Assembly (NCBI GenBank): GCA_965603825.1
Contig: CBFDEM010000021.1
Span: 124,001-188,000, forward strand
Reading direction: 5' to 3'
From: Blepharisma stoltei ATCC 30299
Taxonomy: Eukaryota > Protista > Ciliophora
Length of the DNA: 64,000 nucleotides
Shown: piece after piece, positions 44,208 to 55,794 of the stretch
Layout: the number at the start of each line of letters is the position of its first letter
Position numbering within the stretch: position 1 is the stretch's first letter
Position numbers and translations under genes: made by a program
The notes under the pieces: model-generated
What the model saw: the letters and a program-made list of their open reading frames with translations, nothing else
Told to the model about the DNA's origin: nothing
The model's database searches: none

Positions 44208-46817
44208 TTATAAATCATAGTCTTCTTCATATCTCCTTGAAAGCGACCTTTGGCCACTTCCAGATCTTAGACCTGAAGATGATCCTTCATAATTATCAGC
44301 TCTCCCAAACCCAAAAATTGGTATTTCTGATACTAGTTTTCCTATATCAAGAAGCCCTGAATCTTGAACGCTCGAGTCATTCTTCTGATATCCAAAATAA
44401 TTTCCACCAGGCCGAGAGTCGTACGAACTTTCATATTCTCCGCCATCTATCATTTCGTCATAAAAATTCTGATTAAGCTGGAGTTTTGGCTTTGGATTTT
44501 CCTCAAAAATTTTGTCCATTTCTTCAGAGAGGTCTAAAGACTCTTGCTCATTTGCATGTTTTCTAGCTTCTTCAAGCCTGCTAAAAGCACAAGACCCTGT
44601 TTTTGGTGTCAAAGTTTTTTGGGTGATTTTTGATTTTTTATTAAAAATATCAATAGTTTTGGGCTTATCCAGGATAAGCCTTCTGGTTTCGGCTCTTGGG
44701 GTTTCTTGGACATTTGGGACTAGTCCTGAGCTGAATTCTTCAAAAGACCCAAATTTTGGTACTCCCATTTCGATTTCATAGACAGGGGTGACAATTTCAT
44801 TTTCATATGGCTCTGATTCTATATCTGATTCAAAATGTTCAGAATAAGCCTCGTCTATGGATTCTTCTTCAAATTTATTTTCTTCAATTTTTGGCTGGAT
44901 TACGATTTTTACAGGCTCCATTTGGCTTTTTCTTAGCTGGAAAAATTCGATGTTTGATGGTAATGATTCATCATTTGCTTCTATATTTTTGAGATTTTGT
45001 ATTGGGTTTTCTTTAAAAGTAGGGTTAGGCATTGAGGTTTTTGGTAAAAAATTAGGGATCTCAGGAATTTTGCTGGATTTTTCCACAATTTCTGCAGTTT
45101 TTGGCAATTGTGTGATTTCGTATAAATGCAAATTTCCCCAATTCATATCAGTTGGTACAAATTTACTATGACCTCTTAATGAGCTTTCAAACACTTCTGG
45201 CTCTTGCGGAGCTAAAATATGAAGGTAATTCGTCTGAATCGGATTTACATCAATAAGATCATCATTTTTAGGGCCATAGCTTTGGAAATCTGGCTTAGGA
45301 GTTTGCGCTTCATTTGCATAATAAGGTAGCTGGGTGCTGACTGCTGCAAATACTCTTTGATTATTCATAGGATCAGCTTGATAAGTTTGTGGTCTCGATC
45401 ATACAGGATTAGGCTGTATTAAAGGTGCAGGATTCTGCTGGATTACAGGATATTGTGCCAATGGAGCTTGATAAGGATTCATTGGACTTTGTATTCTTAG
45501 CATAGTTATCATGTTTTCAATTTGTTTTTCTCTTTCCTTTAGCATCATTTCTTTCATTTCCAGCATGCATTCTCTTGCTTTATCTCTTTCCTGCTTTATT
45601 TCTTGTATTTCTTTCAAATAAGATTCAGTCAAGCTTTGATTAATCTCTGGCTGCTGCGAAATAAACGAATTTTGATTATGAGGACTCGGCGAATAATTTA
45701 TTCTTGGTGACGGAAATTCTGAAAATTGCTGGATTTCTCTATTATCAAATGAATTTTCACTGATTTTTGGATGATACATTTCTTCACCACCTATTGATTT
45801 ATGTTTTGCGAATTCTCTATATCTTTCTGCATGGGGATTTTCGTCACTTGGTTTATTTGGGTCAATTGTTTTTTGTCTTCTTATTGATCTTTCTTGAGAT
45901 TGATCAGAAAATTTCATCTCATATCTGACGTCTTGCATCTGTATAAGCTTTTTTTCTTCTTCTTTTCTGCGTCTGTTTTCTTCTATTTGTTTTTGAAGCT
46001 CTTCACGATATTTTAGTTTTTTATTTATATCAGAAGCTGGCTGAGCATGAAAAGGATCAGGAGCTGGGTCTTCAATGGGCGGAAATTGTTTTTGTTGCTG
46101 TTTTTGGGAAATTTGGCTTAAGAGATCTTGCTTGTATTGATTTTTGTCGAATTTGTTGTAGTTTGAAGGCGGAAGAGAATTTTCGAATATCAGATCATTT
46201 GTGCTGTGGCTTCTTGCTGAATGAATTTCAGTTCTGTTTGGTCTTGGGTCAATTCTTTCAGCTGGCTTTCTAAATTCTTCATTTTTGTCTCAAAATTCTC
46301 TAGGCTTCTTATTTAGCATTTCTTGAAAAATTTTGTCCGCGTAATCCTGCCTTTCTCTTGGAATTTCATCTCTTAAAGGTCCTTGATGTTTAGCTAAGCT
46401 TTGATTTAAATTCCCATAAATTTGTTCAGGATCAAATCTCTCTTGCATTAAGCTTATATTACTTCTTGGGTTTGCCAGACTATTTGGTTCATTATAGATC
46501 GATTCAAACCCAGCCATTCTTCTAGCACGTTCTTCAGCTCTCAGCCTAAGCCTTCTATCCCTTTCATTCTCATTAACATTTTTATCTTCATAAGATCCCT
46601 CACTAGTCAGATTATTTGGAAATTGCCCCAAGCCTAAGTCTCTTTTCCTTTTTTCCAGTTCATCTCGTTTATTTCTAATAAAATTCTTCAACTGTAGATC
46701 TAAACTATTTTTGTTTTTCATTTCATAGTCATTTAGCATATCTTCTTGCTTCAGAATTTCCTCTAAAACTTGTTGTTTAGCATAATATTTTATCTTTTCG
46801 TCGCTTATTTCATTCAT
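44208..46817 (-). CDS. Hypothetical protein (~869 aa) with CSPP1/CCDC66-like coiled-coil motifs
   Basis: ORFs 46290, 45399 and 44208 are one frame joined by TGA; motifs YKQDLLSQISQK and KYREELQKQIEENRRRKEEEK. Confidence 0.7.
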
Positions 46818-46849
46818 TTATATTATAGTTGTTAAAAATTCCAATGATT

Positions 46850-47287
46850 TTAGCTTAGATTAGTACTGGTGCTAAAAATTTCATCAATTTTAGCTTGGAT
46901 TAGTGCCTGTGTGCTTGATATTTCTATTAGCTCAGAAAAATGAGAATTTACTTCAATGACAAGAGCTAGAATTGAATTGTTTGGCAAATCATATAGGCTA
47001 ATCCCAATGTACTTTCCTTGAATGTGAATAGGCTGGCTTTTAGTTTGCCCAGTGATCGCCATGATTTTGCGGTATTGGTGCTTGATTGAGGAAATTTGAT
47101 ATAAAAGCGCATCTACTTCAGCTCCGGTTATGTCTTCACGGTTGTGAAGACTTAAAACTTTGCCGTCTTCTTGGATAAATGTAGCCATCCTTAGGCTGCC
47201 TTTTTCAAATAGATTTTTGATTTGGTTGAGCTTTTCGTCCATTGCATCATTCTTCTTTTTCGATTTTCCTAAGCAAAAGCATTTCAT
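46850..47287 (-). CDS. Small protein, possible roadblock/longin-like fold with N-terminal lipidation motif
   Basis: MKCFCLGKSKKK; pattern ATFIQEDGKVL...helix...IHIQG...ISLYDL...ILALVIE...helix. Confidence 0.6.
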   Translation of the reverse strand: MKCFCLGKSKKKNDAMDEKLNQIKNLFEKGSLRMATFIQEDGKVLSLHNREDITGAEVDALLYQISSIKHQYRKIMAITGQTKSQPIHIQGKYIGISLYDLPNNSILALVIEVNSHFSELIEISSTQALIQAKIDEIFSTSTNLS

Positions 47288-47383
47288 TTTAAAATTTCAT
47301 TCTGAAGTTATTATTTATCAAAAAAATTACTAATTTTAGCCAAATGCTAAATTTAAGCAAGCTAAGATTTAATCATAATAATA

Positions 47384-47698
47384 ATGGATCAAACACAAAA
47401 AGAAGCTCCAAAGAAAAAAAAAATTTTTTATAGCGAAAATGAAGAGCCTTCTGAAAGCATAAGAGAATATTTCCCATTTGTAGCTTTACTGCTTTCTATG
47501 CTAGGATTTTACTTCAGGACTATTATTCTTTCGTGGATCGGAATAATCTTCTTTTTATTCAGTCTTACTCAAATATCTAGAGAAAACACAAGCAAAGCTC
47601 AATTAATTGCGATTTTTTTGCTATGTGCAATTAGCTTGTGTGCTAATTATGCAAATATTTTTGTTGCTGCAGACCATCAATCTTTGGTTTCTTTATAA
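47384..47698 (+). CDS. Asterix/PAT10 (WDR83OS) ER membrane chaperone
   Basis: EYFPFVALLLSMLG...LSWIG...SL......QL...F...ISLCANY matches the three-TM Asterix pattern. Confidence 0.7.
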   Translation: MDQTQKEAPKKKKIFYSENEEPSESIREYFPFVALLLSMLGFYFRTIILSWIGIIFFLFSLTQISRENTSKAQLIAIFLLCAISLCANYANIFVAADHQSLVSL

Positions 47699-47748
47699 TA
47701 AAGATTTTTAACAAAATTTAGCTTAATAAAATGAGTTAGTTTATAAAA

Positions 47749-49060
47749 ATGAATATACTAAAGACAGCATTAGGGATGAAGGTTTTTATTTTGGTACTTT
47801 CAAACGCAATGAACTATTTAATTGAAGATTATGATAATAGCATTACCTTAGTAAGCCATATTCAGAGAGGAAGCCACATTCCAAATTCCCCAATCGGAAA
47901 ACTTTTTGCAGGTCTTGCTAGATGAGATTCTTTATTTTTCCTTCAAATTTCCCATGAAGGCTATCTTTATGAAAAAAATCATGCTTTTTTCCCTTTATAT
48001 CCTTTGTTAATTCGATATCTGGCCAAAATCCTATCACCTATACTATTTTGACTCTCTGTAGATGATCTTCATTTAATTTCAGGAATTTTAATATCTTGGG
48101 CAAACTTTATTTTTGCTACATATTTTCTTATAAAACTTGGAAAAAAGATTATGGGTGATAAAAAATATTCTCAATGATGTGGACTATTATTTATAATAAA
48201 TCCTGCAACAATTTTTATGACTGCAATGTAAAAAGCTATTTAGATGTACGACGTCGCTGTTTTCTTTTTTATCTATGGCTGGGATTTATTTTTTATATAG
48301 AAACGTTAATTGAAGTCATGATAAAGCGGCATTTATTATGCCAAGCTTTATAGATAAAGCAATTTCGTGTGGATTTTTTACATTAGCAACAGCTGCTAGA
48401 TCTAATGGATCATTTTTGTTTGTTTTTCTATTGTGTTTCGCAGCAAACTCTCTATTCTCGAATTATATGAAAAAAACATTGAATTTTAAAATAATTTTCA
48501 AAGAAATTTTTACCTTAGGATTATTTGGAATAATTCAAATTTCTCCTATTATTATTTTCACTTTTTATGGAGCAAGTATATATTGTACTGGACAGATACA
48601 AAGTCCATATTGTTCAAAATTATTCCCAAATATCTATAGCTATGTTCAAGAAACATATTGAAACGTCGGATCATTCAGATATTGGGAAGCAAAACAAATC
48701 CCTAATTTCTTATTAGCATCTCCTATGCTTTATATTTCAATCTGTGCTTGCTTTTTCTACATAAAGCATGATTACAAAAGATTTTTCTCATTTTCTTCAA
48801 CAAAATCCTCAAAAGATTCACATGAATTTCTCAATAATCCTTTATTAGTGCCATTTATATGATATTGACTATTAAACATTTTTATCATAACTTTTATAGC
48901 AAATATTCAAATAGCAACTAGAATTTTAGCATCAAATCCTGCAGTTTACTGATATATAGGACAGGACACAATGGGAAAGCACAAATGAGTTATCTATTTT
49001 TTCATTATTTATATGCTAGTTGGGACTTCTTTTTATTCTAATTTTTATCCATGGACTTAA
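47749..49060 (+). CDS. PIGV: GPI mannosyltransferase II (PIG-V/Gpi18), ~430 aa; 16-nt intron at 48228-48243, probable 15-nt intron at 47851-47865
   Basis: AR(W)DSLFF..I..EGY..EKNHAFFPLYP, NPATIF, ARSNG, YSYVQETY(W)NVG, QIPNFLLASP, QIATR, SNFYPWT*. Confidence 0.9.
47851..47865 (+). other. Probable 15-nt intron without a stop codon (PIG-V)
   Basis: GTAAGCCATATTCAG fits the consensus but is not required for the frame. Confidence 0.5.
48228..48243 (+). other. 16-nt intron (PIG-V)
   Basis: GTAAAAAGCTATTTAG; required for the frame change between the two halves of the gene. Confidence 0.85.
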
Positions 49061-49228
49061 CAAAAATGACATCATCAAAAACTAATTAATCATTTAATAA
49101 ATTTCACATATAAATTAATTATTTTAAGATACCAAAATATATAAATCATCATTAAGCTTGGAGAATCAATTATATTAGCATACATTCCTTAATTAATTAT
49201 GAAATTTCAGTAAAATTTATACTTGATA

Positions 49229-50323
49229 ATGGTCATTTTTCAGCGAATTGGAACTGAAGAAATAAAATACGAATTGAATGTCACAATTCATTACGTTTCT
49301 GCTAAATTTACAAACCAAGGTCTCATAAAAGTTACTGCTGAACGAGGCGACAAACTCTCAGAAACCCAGCCAATGCAATATGACTCTTCTAAAGAAAAAG
49401 CAATTTTTGAGTATCCTTTAACATTTATCACAACAATGTTTAAAAGAGGTGAAAAATTTTTAAAGAAAGAAATAACCTTTAGGGTCTATGAAATGATAGG
49501 AAATAAAGGAATTAAGAATGGAAAAGCACAAATTGATTTCAGTGAAGCTGCAACTTATGGAATACAAATATCAAGGACACAACTTGTATTAAGAGGCTGC
49601 AGTGATAAATCTGCTTATATTTGTGTCAGCTTATACCTAGAAAAATATGATAAAAAACGCACCGAGTCAGAACCTACAGGGGATATCTCAATGCAAACTC
49701 CTGTAGTGAATGCTAGAAATAAATATAAATCTGCAACTGATTTATCAGATGTAATAGAAAACTCTAATAAAGAAGACAAAACAAGAAGGAATACCCACGC
49801 TCTTGAAGCTTATCAGCCACATAAGCACGAAAAAAAAGAAAAATTCAAATATTCACATAATATAATCCCTAAAAATTACGTCAGAAAAAGATTTTACAGC
49901 TTAGAAGATGGGACTATTGATTTAATAGAAGAAGAAAAAAATAATGAAGAAACAGAAGATAATGAAAAAATAAGGACACAGTCAGAAGTTTATGTAGACT
50001 CTGACGAGATAAATAATGTGTCAACTGAAGATTCGAAGCCTGAAAAAGAAAATAAAAAAGATATATTCAAGGATTTAGGAATCACAAAAGAGAGTATTAT
50101 ACATCCTAAAGATTCATTGGTAGACTCTGAAGATTCCAGCTCAGAAGAAGAGCCTGTGCAGCTAAGTGCTGAACTCATTGAAAGCATAAAACATCCAGCT
50201 TCGACTATGTCAAATGTGATACCCAATGAAATGAGCAGGGATGACATAATTTCTCAAAAAGAGTCATCAGCTGGACTGATAAAAGGGAAAGGCCCATGCT
50301 GTACTGTCTGTAGTTTATTTTAA
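49229..50323 (+). CDS. NT-C2 (EEIG1/EHBP1-type) domain protein with C-terminal CaaX-like motif
   Basis: N-terminal beta-rich KYELNVTIH...FEYPL.FITTMFK...KKEI.F...GKAQIDFSE; ends CCTVCSLF*. Confidence 0.75.
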   Translation: MVIFQRIGTEEIKYELNVTIHYVSAKFTNQGLIKVTAERGDKLSETQPMQYDSSKEKAIFEYPLTFITTMFKRGEKFLKKEITFRVYEMIGNKGIKNGKAQIDFSEAATYGIQISRTQLVLRGCSDKSAYICVSLYLEKYDKKRTESEPTGDISMQTPVVNARNKYKSATDLSDVIENSNKEDKTRRNTHALEAYQPHKHEKKEKFKYSHNIIPKNYVRKRFYSLEDGTIDLIEEEKNNEETEDNEKIRTQSEVYVDSDEINNVSTEDSKPEKENKKDIFKDLGITKESIIHPKDSLVDSEDSSSEEEPVQLSAELIESIKHPASTMSNVIPNEMSRDDIISQKESSAGLIKGKGPCCTVCSLF

Positions 50324-50403
50324 TGTTTTTTATTATAAACAAAATTTCCAAGCTTAAATAAATATTAAAAATCCATCTTCATTTGAATGATATAAACCTT
50401 TAA

Positions 50404-51099
50404 ATGTCGCTTAGCTCCAGAATTAATGAAAAGATTTGTGGCTTCCAATACTTGCAAAATTCTCTAAAAGTCTTAGAAGTTGATGGCCACTTAGATGTAC
50501 TGCACAATGTTTTTGGGAATATATATCGGTCAAAGGAAAATCGCAAAGAAGAGTTCAAAGAAAGCCTAAAAATCATTGTAAATAATTTGATTGATATACT
50601 GTGAAAAGAAAGCCCTAGAAATGAAGACGAAATGTATCAAACTCCCAGTCCAAAAATAAACGAAATTTCTAAGTCGCGCTCTACAACTGCTTTTAATACA
50701 GAAAGAAGTACATATCGTCAAGTTTATTCAGCTAAAAGTCCAGCAAGCTGCAGAAAGTCACCTTTAGATCACTTTGATATTGTGGTTCCGAGTGAATCTC
50801 GGACCCCAAAATTGTTGCAGCAAAGAAATAGCAGTCCGTTAGCAAACCAGAATAATTCATTTCAGCTAATTTCAGATTTTGGGTATCAACCAGGAGCAGT
50901 TACGTTTTGTAAGGCAGATAGAAAACTTAATGAGGTAAAAACATTAACTCCTGGCCCAGGGGCATACGAAACAAAGCAGTTAAATAGATCACCCAGTGCG
51001 CTGATGCCGCGTGCTATAAGACGAGCTGACAACAAAACTCCAACCCCCTCTCCAGGGGATTATAACCCACTTGTGAGGTTTTTGTCTAAGCGATTATAG
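50404..51099 (+). CDS. SHIPPO/ODF3-repeat (PGPGxY) ciliary protein, ~231 aa
   Basis: TPGPGAYE and TPSPGDYNP; ORFs joined by TGA at 50602. Confidence 0.7.
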
Positions 51100-51378
51100 A
51101 AGTATATTAATTACAGAAAGTTCTCTGCTAATTCTATTTTCCCAATCATGCCTAAATTTAAGTATTTTTAATTATTTAGACCAATAAATCATATTTTATT
51201 ACAAAATACCAATCAAAACACCTCACAATATTTTTTGTAGGCTGATTTTATAATTTCCAAATTTTGCCTTTATTTCGGCAATTTTTGGTTTTTATCATTA
51301 ATTTCTAATTAAAATGTCTTTTAACGTTCATTTCAGCCTAAAGCCATAACAATTCTTGAAGATTGTCATTTCCCTCAG

Positions 51379-51386
51379 TTGGCGCG
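51379..51386 (+). promoter_or_regulatory. E2F-like site upstream of MCM2
   Basis: TTGGCGCG about 30 nt before the ATG. Confidence 0.4.
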
Positions 51387-51417
51387 TATTAATATTTACT
51401 AATAAATTAGGCGGCAA

Positions 51418-54066
51418 ATGGTATGATCTATGTAGTCTGACGAACCTTCACAAAAGCGCAGGAGAGAGGCTGAAAATTCTGATTCAGAGGCTGAGGAAGA
51501 AAACGTAATTGACGATACTTCTATTCAAGGGAGCGAGGAAAGTGGAGAAGACCTTGAAGAGAACATGGAGGCGGACTATAGGGCAATACCAGAGCTAGAC
51601 ACCTACGAAGAAGAAGGAATTGACGAGGCAAATTACTCAGATATGGACACTGATGCAAGAATGGCTGCAGAAGAAGAACTAAAACAACGTGAAATGTCAG
51701 ATCAAATTGGACGTGGACGAGGACCAGCAGCTTTCTATCTAGGAGAGCTAGAAGAAGACATGAATATGGCCCTTATTTCACGCCACCGTGCTCTGCAGAG
51801 GAGCTTAGCGACAGGGCTTGAAGCATTAAGTATAGAAGACGACCCAGAAGAGCTAGCTTTGGACTTTGAAGACCCAAAAGGCAAGCTTTCAAAATGGATT
51901 CAAGAGCCACGCACCCATCGATGGATACGCAGAAATTTCACTAAATTTTTACTTGAATTCAAAGATGAGCACGGGAACGAAATTTACCACCAGAGAATCA
52001 GAGAAATGTGTTCTGACAACAAGCAAAGCTTAGAAATCAACTATGATCACATCTCAAAAGTAAACCCTACCCTCGCTCTTTGGATAGCTGATGAGCCACA
52101 AATAATCCTCCCTCTTCTCAACGAAATTGCTTTTGAAATGGTAAAAAAACAGTTCCAAGAGTATTCCAATATTTTCGAAGAAATCTATGTGAGGATCAGA
52201 GAACTGCCTATTGGAGACCATTTGAGGAACTTAAGGCACCATCACTTAAATAGGCTGGTAAAAGTTAAAGGTGTGGTCACAAGAAGGACTGGGGTGCATC
52301 CACAGCTAAAAGTTATGGTGTTCTACTGCAATAAATGTGGAGAGAAAAAAGGCCCAATTTATCAGAATTCTCAAAATGAAGCTGATATAGGAATTTGTGG
52401 AAGCTGCCAAAGCAAAGGGCCGTTTACTCTTGATTTCGAAAGCACCATTTATAGAAACTACCAAAAAATCACTTTACAAGAAACGCCTGGCTCTGTGCCA
52501 CCTGGTAGAGTTCCTAGACATAAAGAAGTAATTTTGCTTGCTGATCTAATTGACATTGCAAGGCCAGGAGAAGAAGTTGAAGTTGTCGGGGTATTTACCC
52601 ACGTTTTTGACTACTCCCTCAATGTAAAACACGGTTTTCCTATATTTTCCACAATAATTGAAGCCAATTCTATTATTCGTCAAAGCGAAACTTCAACAGA
52701 AATTTTAACCGACGAGGACAAATTCGAAATCAGAAATTTGGCAAGGAACCCTAATATAGGGAAAATGATAGTGGATAGTATAGCTCCGTCTATATATGGC
52801 CACAAATTCATTAAAACAGCTTTAGCAATATCTATGTTTGGAGGAAATCCTAAAGATATTGGAGGAAAACATAAAATTAGAGGCGACATCAACGTCCTTG
52901 TATTAGGTGACCCTGGGGTTGCCAAATCCCAATTTTTGAAATATGTTTTGCAGACATCTCCACGCTGTGTTTATACAACAGGAAAAGGAGCTTCAGCTGT
53001 AGGTCTGACTGCAGGAGTGCATAAAGACCCAATCAGCAAAGAATGGGTGCTCGAAGGTGGAGCTTTGGTGTTGGCCGATAAAGGACTATGTCTAATTGAT
53101 GAGTTTGACAAGATGAACGACCATGATAGAACTTCTATACACGAAGCTATGGAGCAGCAGACCATTTCTATATCCAAAGCAGGGATTGTGGCGACGCTAC
53201 AAGCTAGATGTGCAGTTATTGCTGTCGCAAATCCTGTGAAAGGAAGATATGACTCCTCAAGGACGTTTTCAGAAAACGTCGATTTATCTGACCCAATTTT
53301 GTCTCGTTTTGATATTTTATGTGTGGTAAAAGACGAGGTTGATTTAGTTCATGATCATTCGTTAGCTACACATGTTATAAATTCACATATAAAGAATCAT
53401 CCAGATAGCTTAATTATAGCTGAAGATCTAGAGGACTCGTTTTTACCAGAAGAACCTCCACAAACTTTATCACAAGATAAGCTCAAAAAGTACATTCTTT
53501 ATGCCCGCCAATATGTGCATCCTCAGCTATCAGATCTGGACCAAGAAAAAATAGTCCGGTTTTATTCAGAATTAAGACAGGAAAGCCAAAAGTCTGGAGG
53601 AATTGCAATTACTGTCAGACATATAGAAAGTCTATTGAGAATCGCTGAGGCTAATGCGAGAATGCATTTGAGAGACCATGTGAGAGAAGATGATATTGAT
53701 ATTGCAATTAACATGCTATTAGAAAGCTTCTTACAGTCACAAAAACATGCAGTTGCTAGACAGCTGGGAAGAAGGTTTAGCAAATATTTAAGAAGAATAA
53801 ATGAAGAAGGAGACTTATTGTTCCATTTGCTTAATAAGCTTTTCAGAGATACTATAAGAATGCAGCAGTACCGTGTAAATATTGATTTATCGTTAGCTTT
53901 AAGTATGGGAGACACACAAGCAAGAAATGTTGTAGTACCTCTTGATCAGTTTGAAAATGAAGCAAGAGAGTATGGAATTCATGACCTTTCAGGGTTTATA
54001 AGCACCAAAATTTTCCGGGACAATTTCAATATTCAAGGCAGACAAATTTATAAGAAGACTTTTTAA
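51418..54066 (+). CDS. MCM2: DNA replication licensing factor MCM2, ~877 aa; intron at 51421-51435
   Basis: DYRAIPELDTYE (histone-binding region), C4 zinc finger, IAPSIYGH, GDPGVAKSQ, IDEFDKM, SRFD. Confidence 0.97.
51421..51435 (+). other. 15-nt intron immediately after the MCM2 start codon
   Basis: ATG|GTATGATCTATGTAG|TCTGAC; the downstream exon is in frame with the MCM2 ORF. Confidence 0.8.
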
Positions 54067-54106
54067 TTAAAATAATAAATATGCATCCTCTTAATTTAAT
54101 ATTAAA

Positions 54107-55732
54107 ATGTGGAGGTTTGGGCTTGCAAGCTTATCAGCATGCGCTGCAGGATATCTTGGCTACGACTATTACACTCGCACTGCTCTCCCATTTCCAGCTC
54201 TTACTAAATGGCAGGTTGAGAACTCTGATGCGTTTATCGTCTATGTTCCTCAAGAAAAAGAAAATTTCATAGATCGCTTGAAACAAATTAATTTTCCTGT
54301 TTTCTACCTATCTAAAGACAAAGAGCCCTCATCATTAGGACTTACATTTAATGACAACTCCAGCTCCCTTTATTTTGTCCGCAAAATAGGCTCACGGCTT
54401 GTATACACAACCCTTGAGCTCCCAGAAAAGCTTAATAAATGGCTTAGTTATTTTACTCAGCCTGACATCAAAATTTCTTCTTTAAAAGAAATGGAAAATC
54501 TGCTGAAATCAAGGAAAAAAAAATATTTCTTAGACAACATTGTAGCTGCGTATGTGCCAGAAGGAAATGCTGAATTAGAAAAGAAATGGCAAGATTTAAT
54601 CCATCATTTGCAATTTGATGACCAAATGAGCAATTTGATGTATTCTTATGCTTCCTCATTTTTTAAATTTGTGAGGATTACTGATAGAGAGACAGCTGAA
54701 GAGCTTGGGCTGATTTCAGGAGAAAATGAGTTTGCAGTGCAAAGGATCAGGGATTGCAGAGGATGGTTTCACTCAAAAAAGCCGAAATCTGCATATGTCG
54801 ATATTAGCAGCTTGAGAAATTATATTGAAAATACTCTTAAAGATGAGTTCAAAATCAATGCCCATTCTATGCAGCTAAAATTGAAAATCTTTTTTGATAA
54901 ATTTGTTTTAGGCGAAACAAATGATCCAGCCAAAAAGCAATTCACTGATTTAAAAGAGCTTGCCTTAGAAATGGCTAAAATTGACCCTTTGATACTTCCT
55001 TTATGGACTGTTAAAGATCTACAGATGACAATTCCAAAGCTAGCCCAGCACCTTCTTTCAAAAAATGCTAAATTTTTAGTTGTCAGTATAAATAAAGACC
55101 ATGAAGAAAATGATTTGTCAGATTTACAAGCAATAATGGGGCAGCTTAGGCTTGAAGAATTTGCGAGAAACCATAAAGATGTGCTGGTTTTAGTTGGGTG
55201 TCCAAAAATTTTGTATCATGTGCCTATTAGAGATTTATGCATATATCACCTTGGGCCTGTAGAAATTAGACTGCTTACAGTTAATGAGAATGCTGTAGAA
55301 AAATCTGCGATTTTAGAAGAAGGGATGAGCTTGGAAGATTTATTGAAAACTGAGGAGCCTTATTTTGAAAGGAGTTTTACGAAGCCAGAACAAGTTGCAG
55401 AAGTGCTCTCTAGAAATGATATATATGAAAAAGTAATAAAGCCAAATGATCAATGCTATTTTATTATGAATTGCTCAAGACATTGCCCAGCATGCACCTA
55501 CCAAGACCCATATTTCCAACTTGCAGCTCAAAACAGCAAAAGATGCAATTTCGCGAAATTTTATGTTTCCAACCAAAACCCTCATTTTAAGTCCCCTAAC
55601 GCCACCCCAACTTACCACCTTTGGCTCCCAGGCAAAAAAGAGCCTATAGTTTACGAAGCCAGAAAGCATGGATTAGCCCCTGACAATTTCTTAGGATTTA
55701 TTGACACACATTTAGATCAACCTAATCCTTAA
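54107..55732 (+). CDS. Probable mitochondrial membrane-anchored protein with a C-terminal thioredoxin-like domain
   Basis: MWRFGLASLSACAAGYLGY anchor; C-terminal CSRHCPAC and ATPTY (cis-Pro position). Confidence 0.7.
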   Translation: MWRFGLASLSACAAGYLGYDYYTRTALPFPALTKWQVENSDAFIVYVPQEKENFIDRLKQINFPVFYLSKDKEPSSLGLTFNDNSSSLYFVRKIGSRLVYTTLELPEKLNKWLSYFTQPDIKISSLKEMENLLKSRKKKYFLDNIVAAYVPEGNAELEKKWQDLIHHLQFDDQMSNLMYSYASSFFKFVRITDRETAEELGLISGENEFAVQRIRDCRGWFHSKKPKSAYVDISSLRNYIENTLKDEFKINAHSMQLKLKIFFDKFVLGETNDPAKKQFTDLKELALEMAKIDPLILPLWTVKDLQMTIPKLAQHLLSKNAKFLVVSINKDHEENDLSDLQAIMGQLRLEEFARNHKDVLVLVGCPKILYHVPIRDLCIYHLGPVEIRLLTVNENAVEKSAILEEGMSLEDLLKTEEPYFERSFTKPEQVAEVLSRNDIYEKVIKPNDQCYFIMNCSRHCPACTYQDPYFQLAAQNSKRCNFAKFYVSNQNPHFKSPNATPTYHLWLPGKKEPIVYEARKHGLAPDNFLGFIDTHLDQPNP

Positions 55733-55794
55733 TATTAAAAATTGCTTAACCCAGCCTAATTTTTCTCATTTCCAAATCATTTGCAGTTCTAAAA

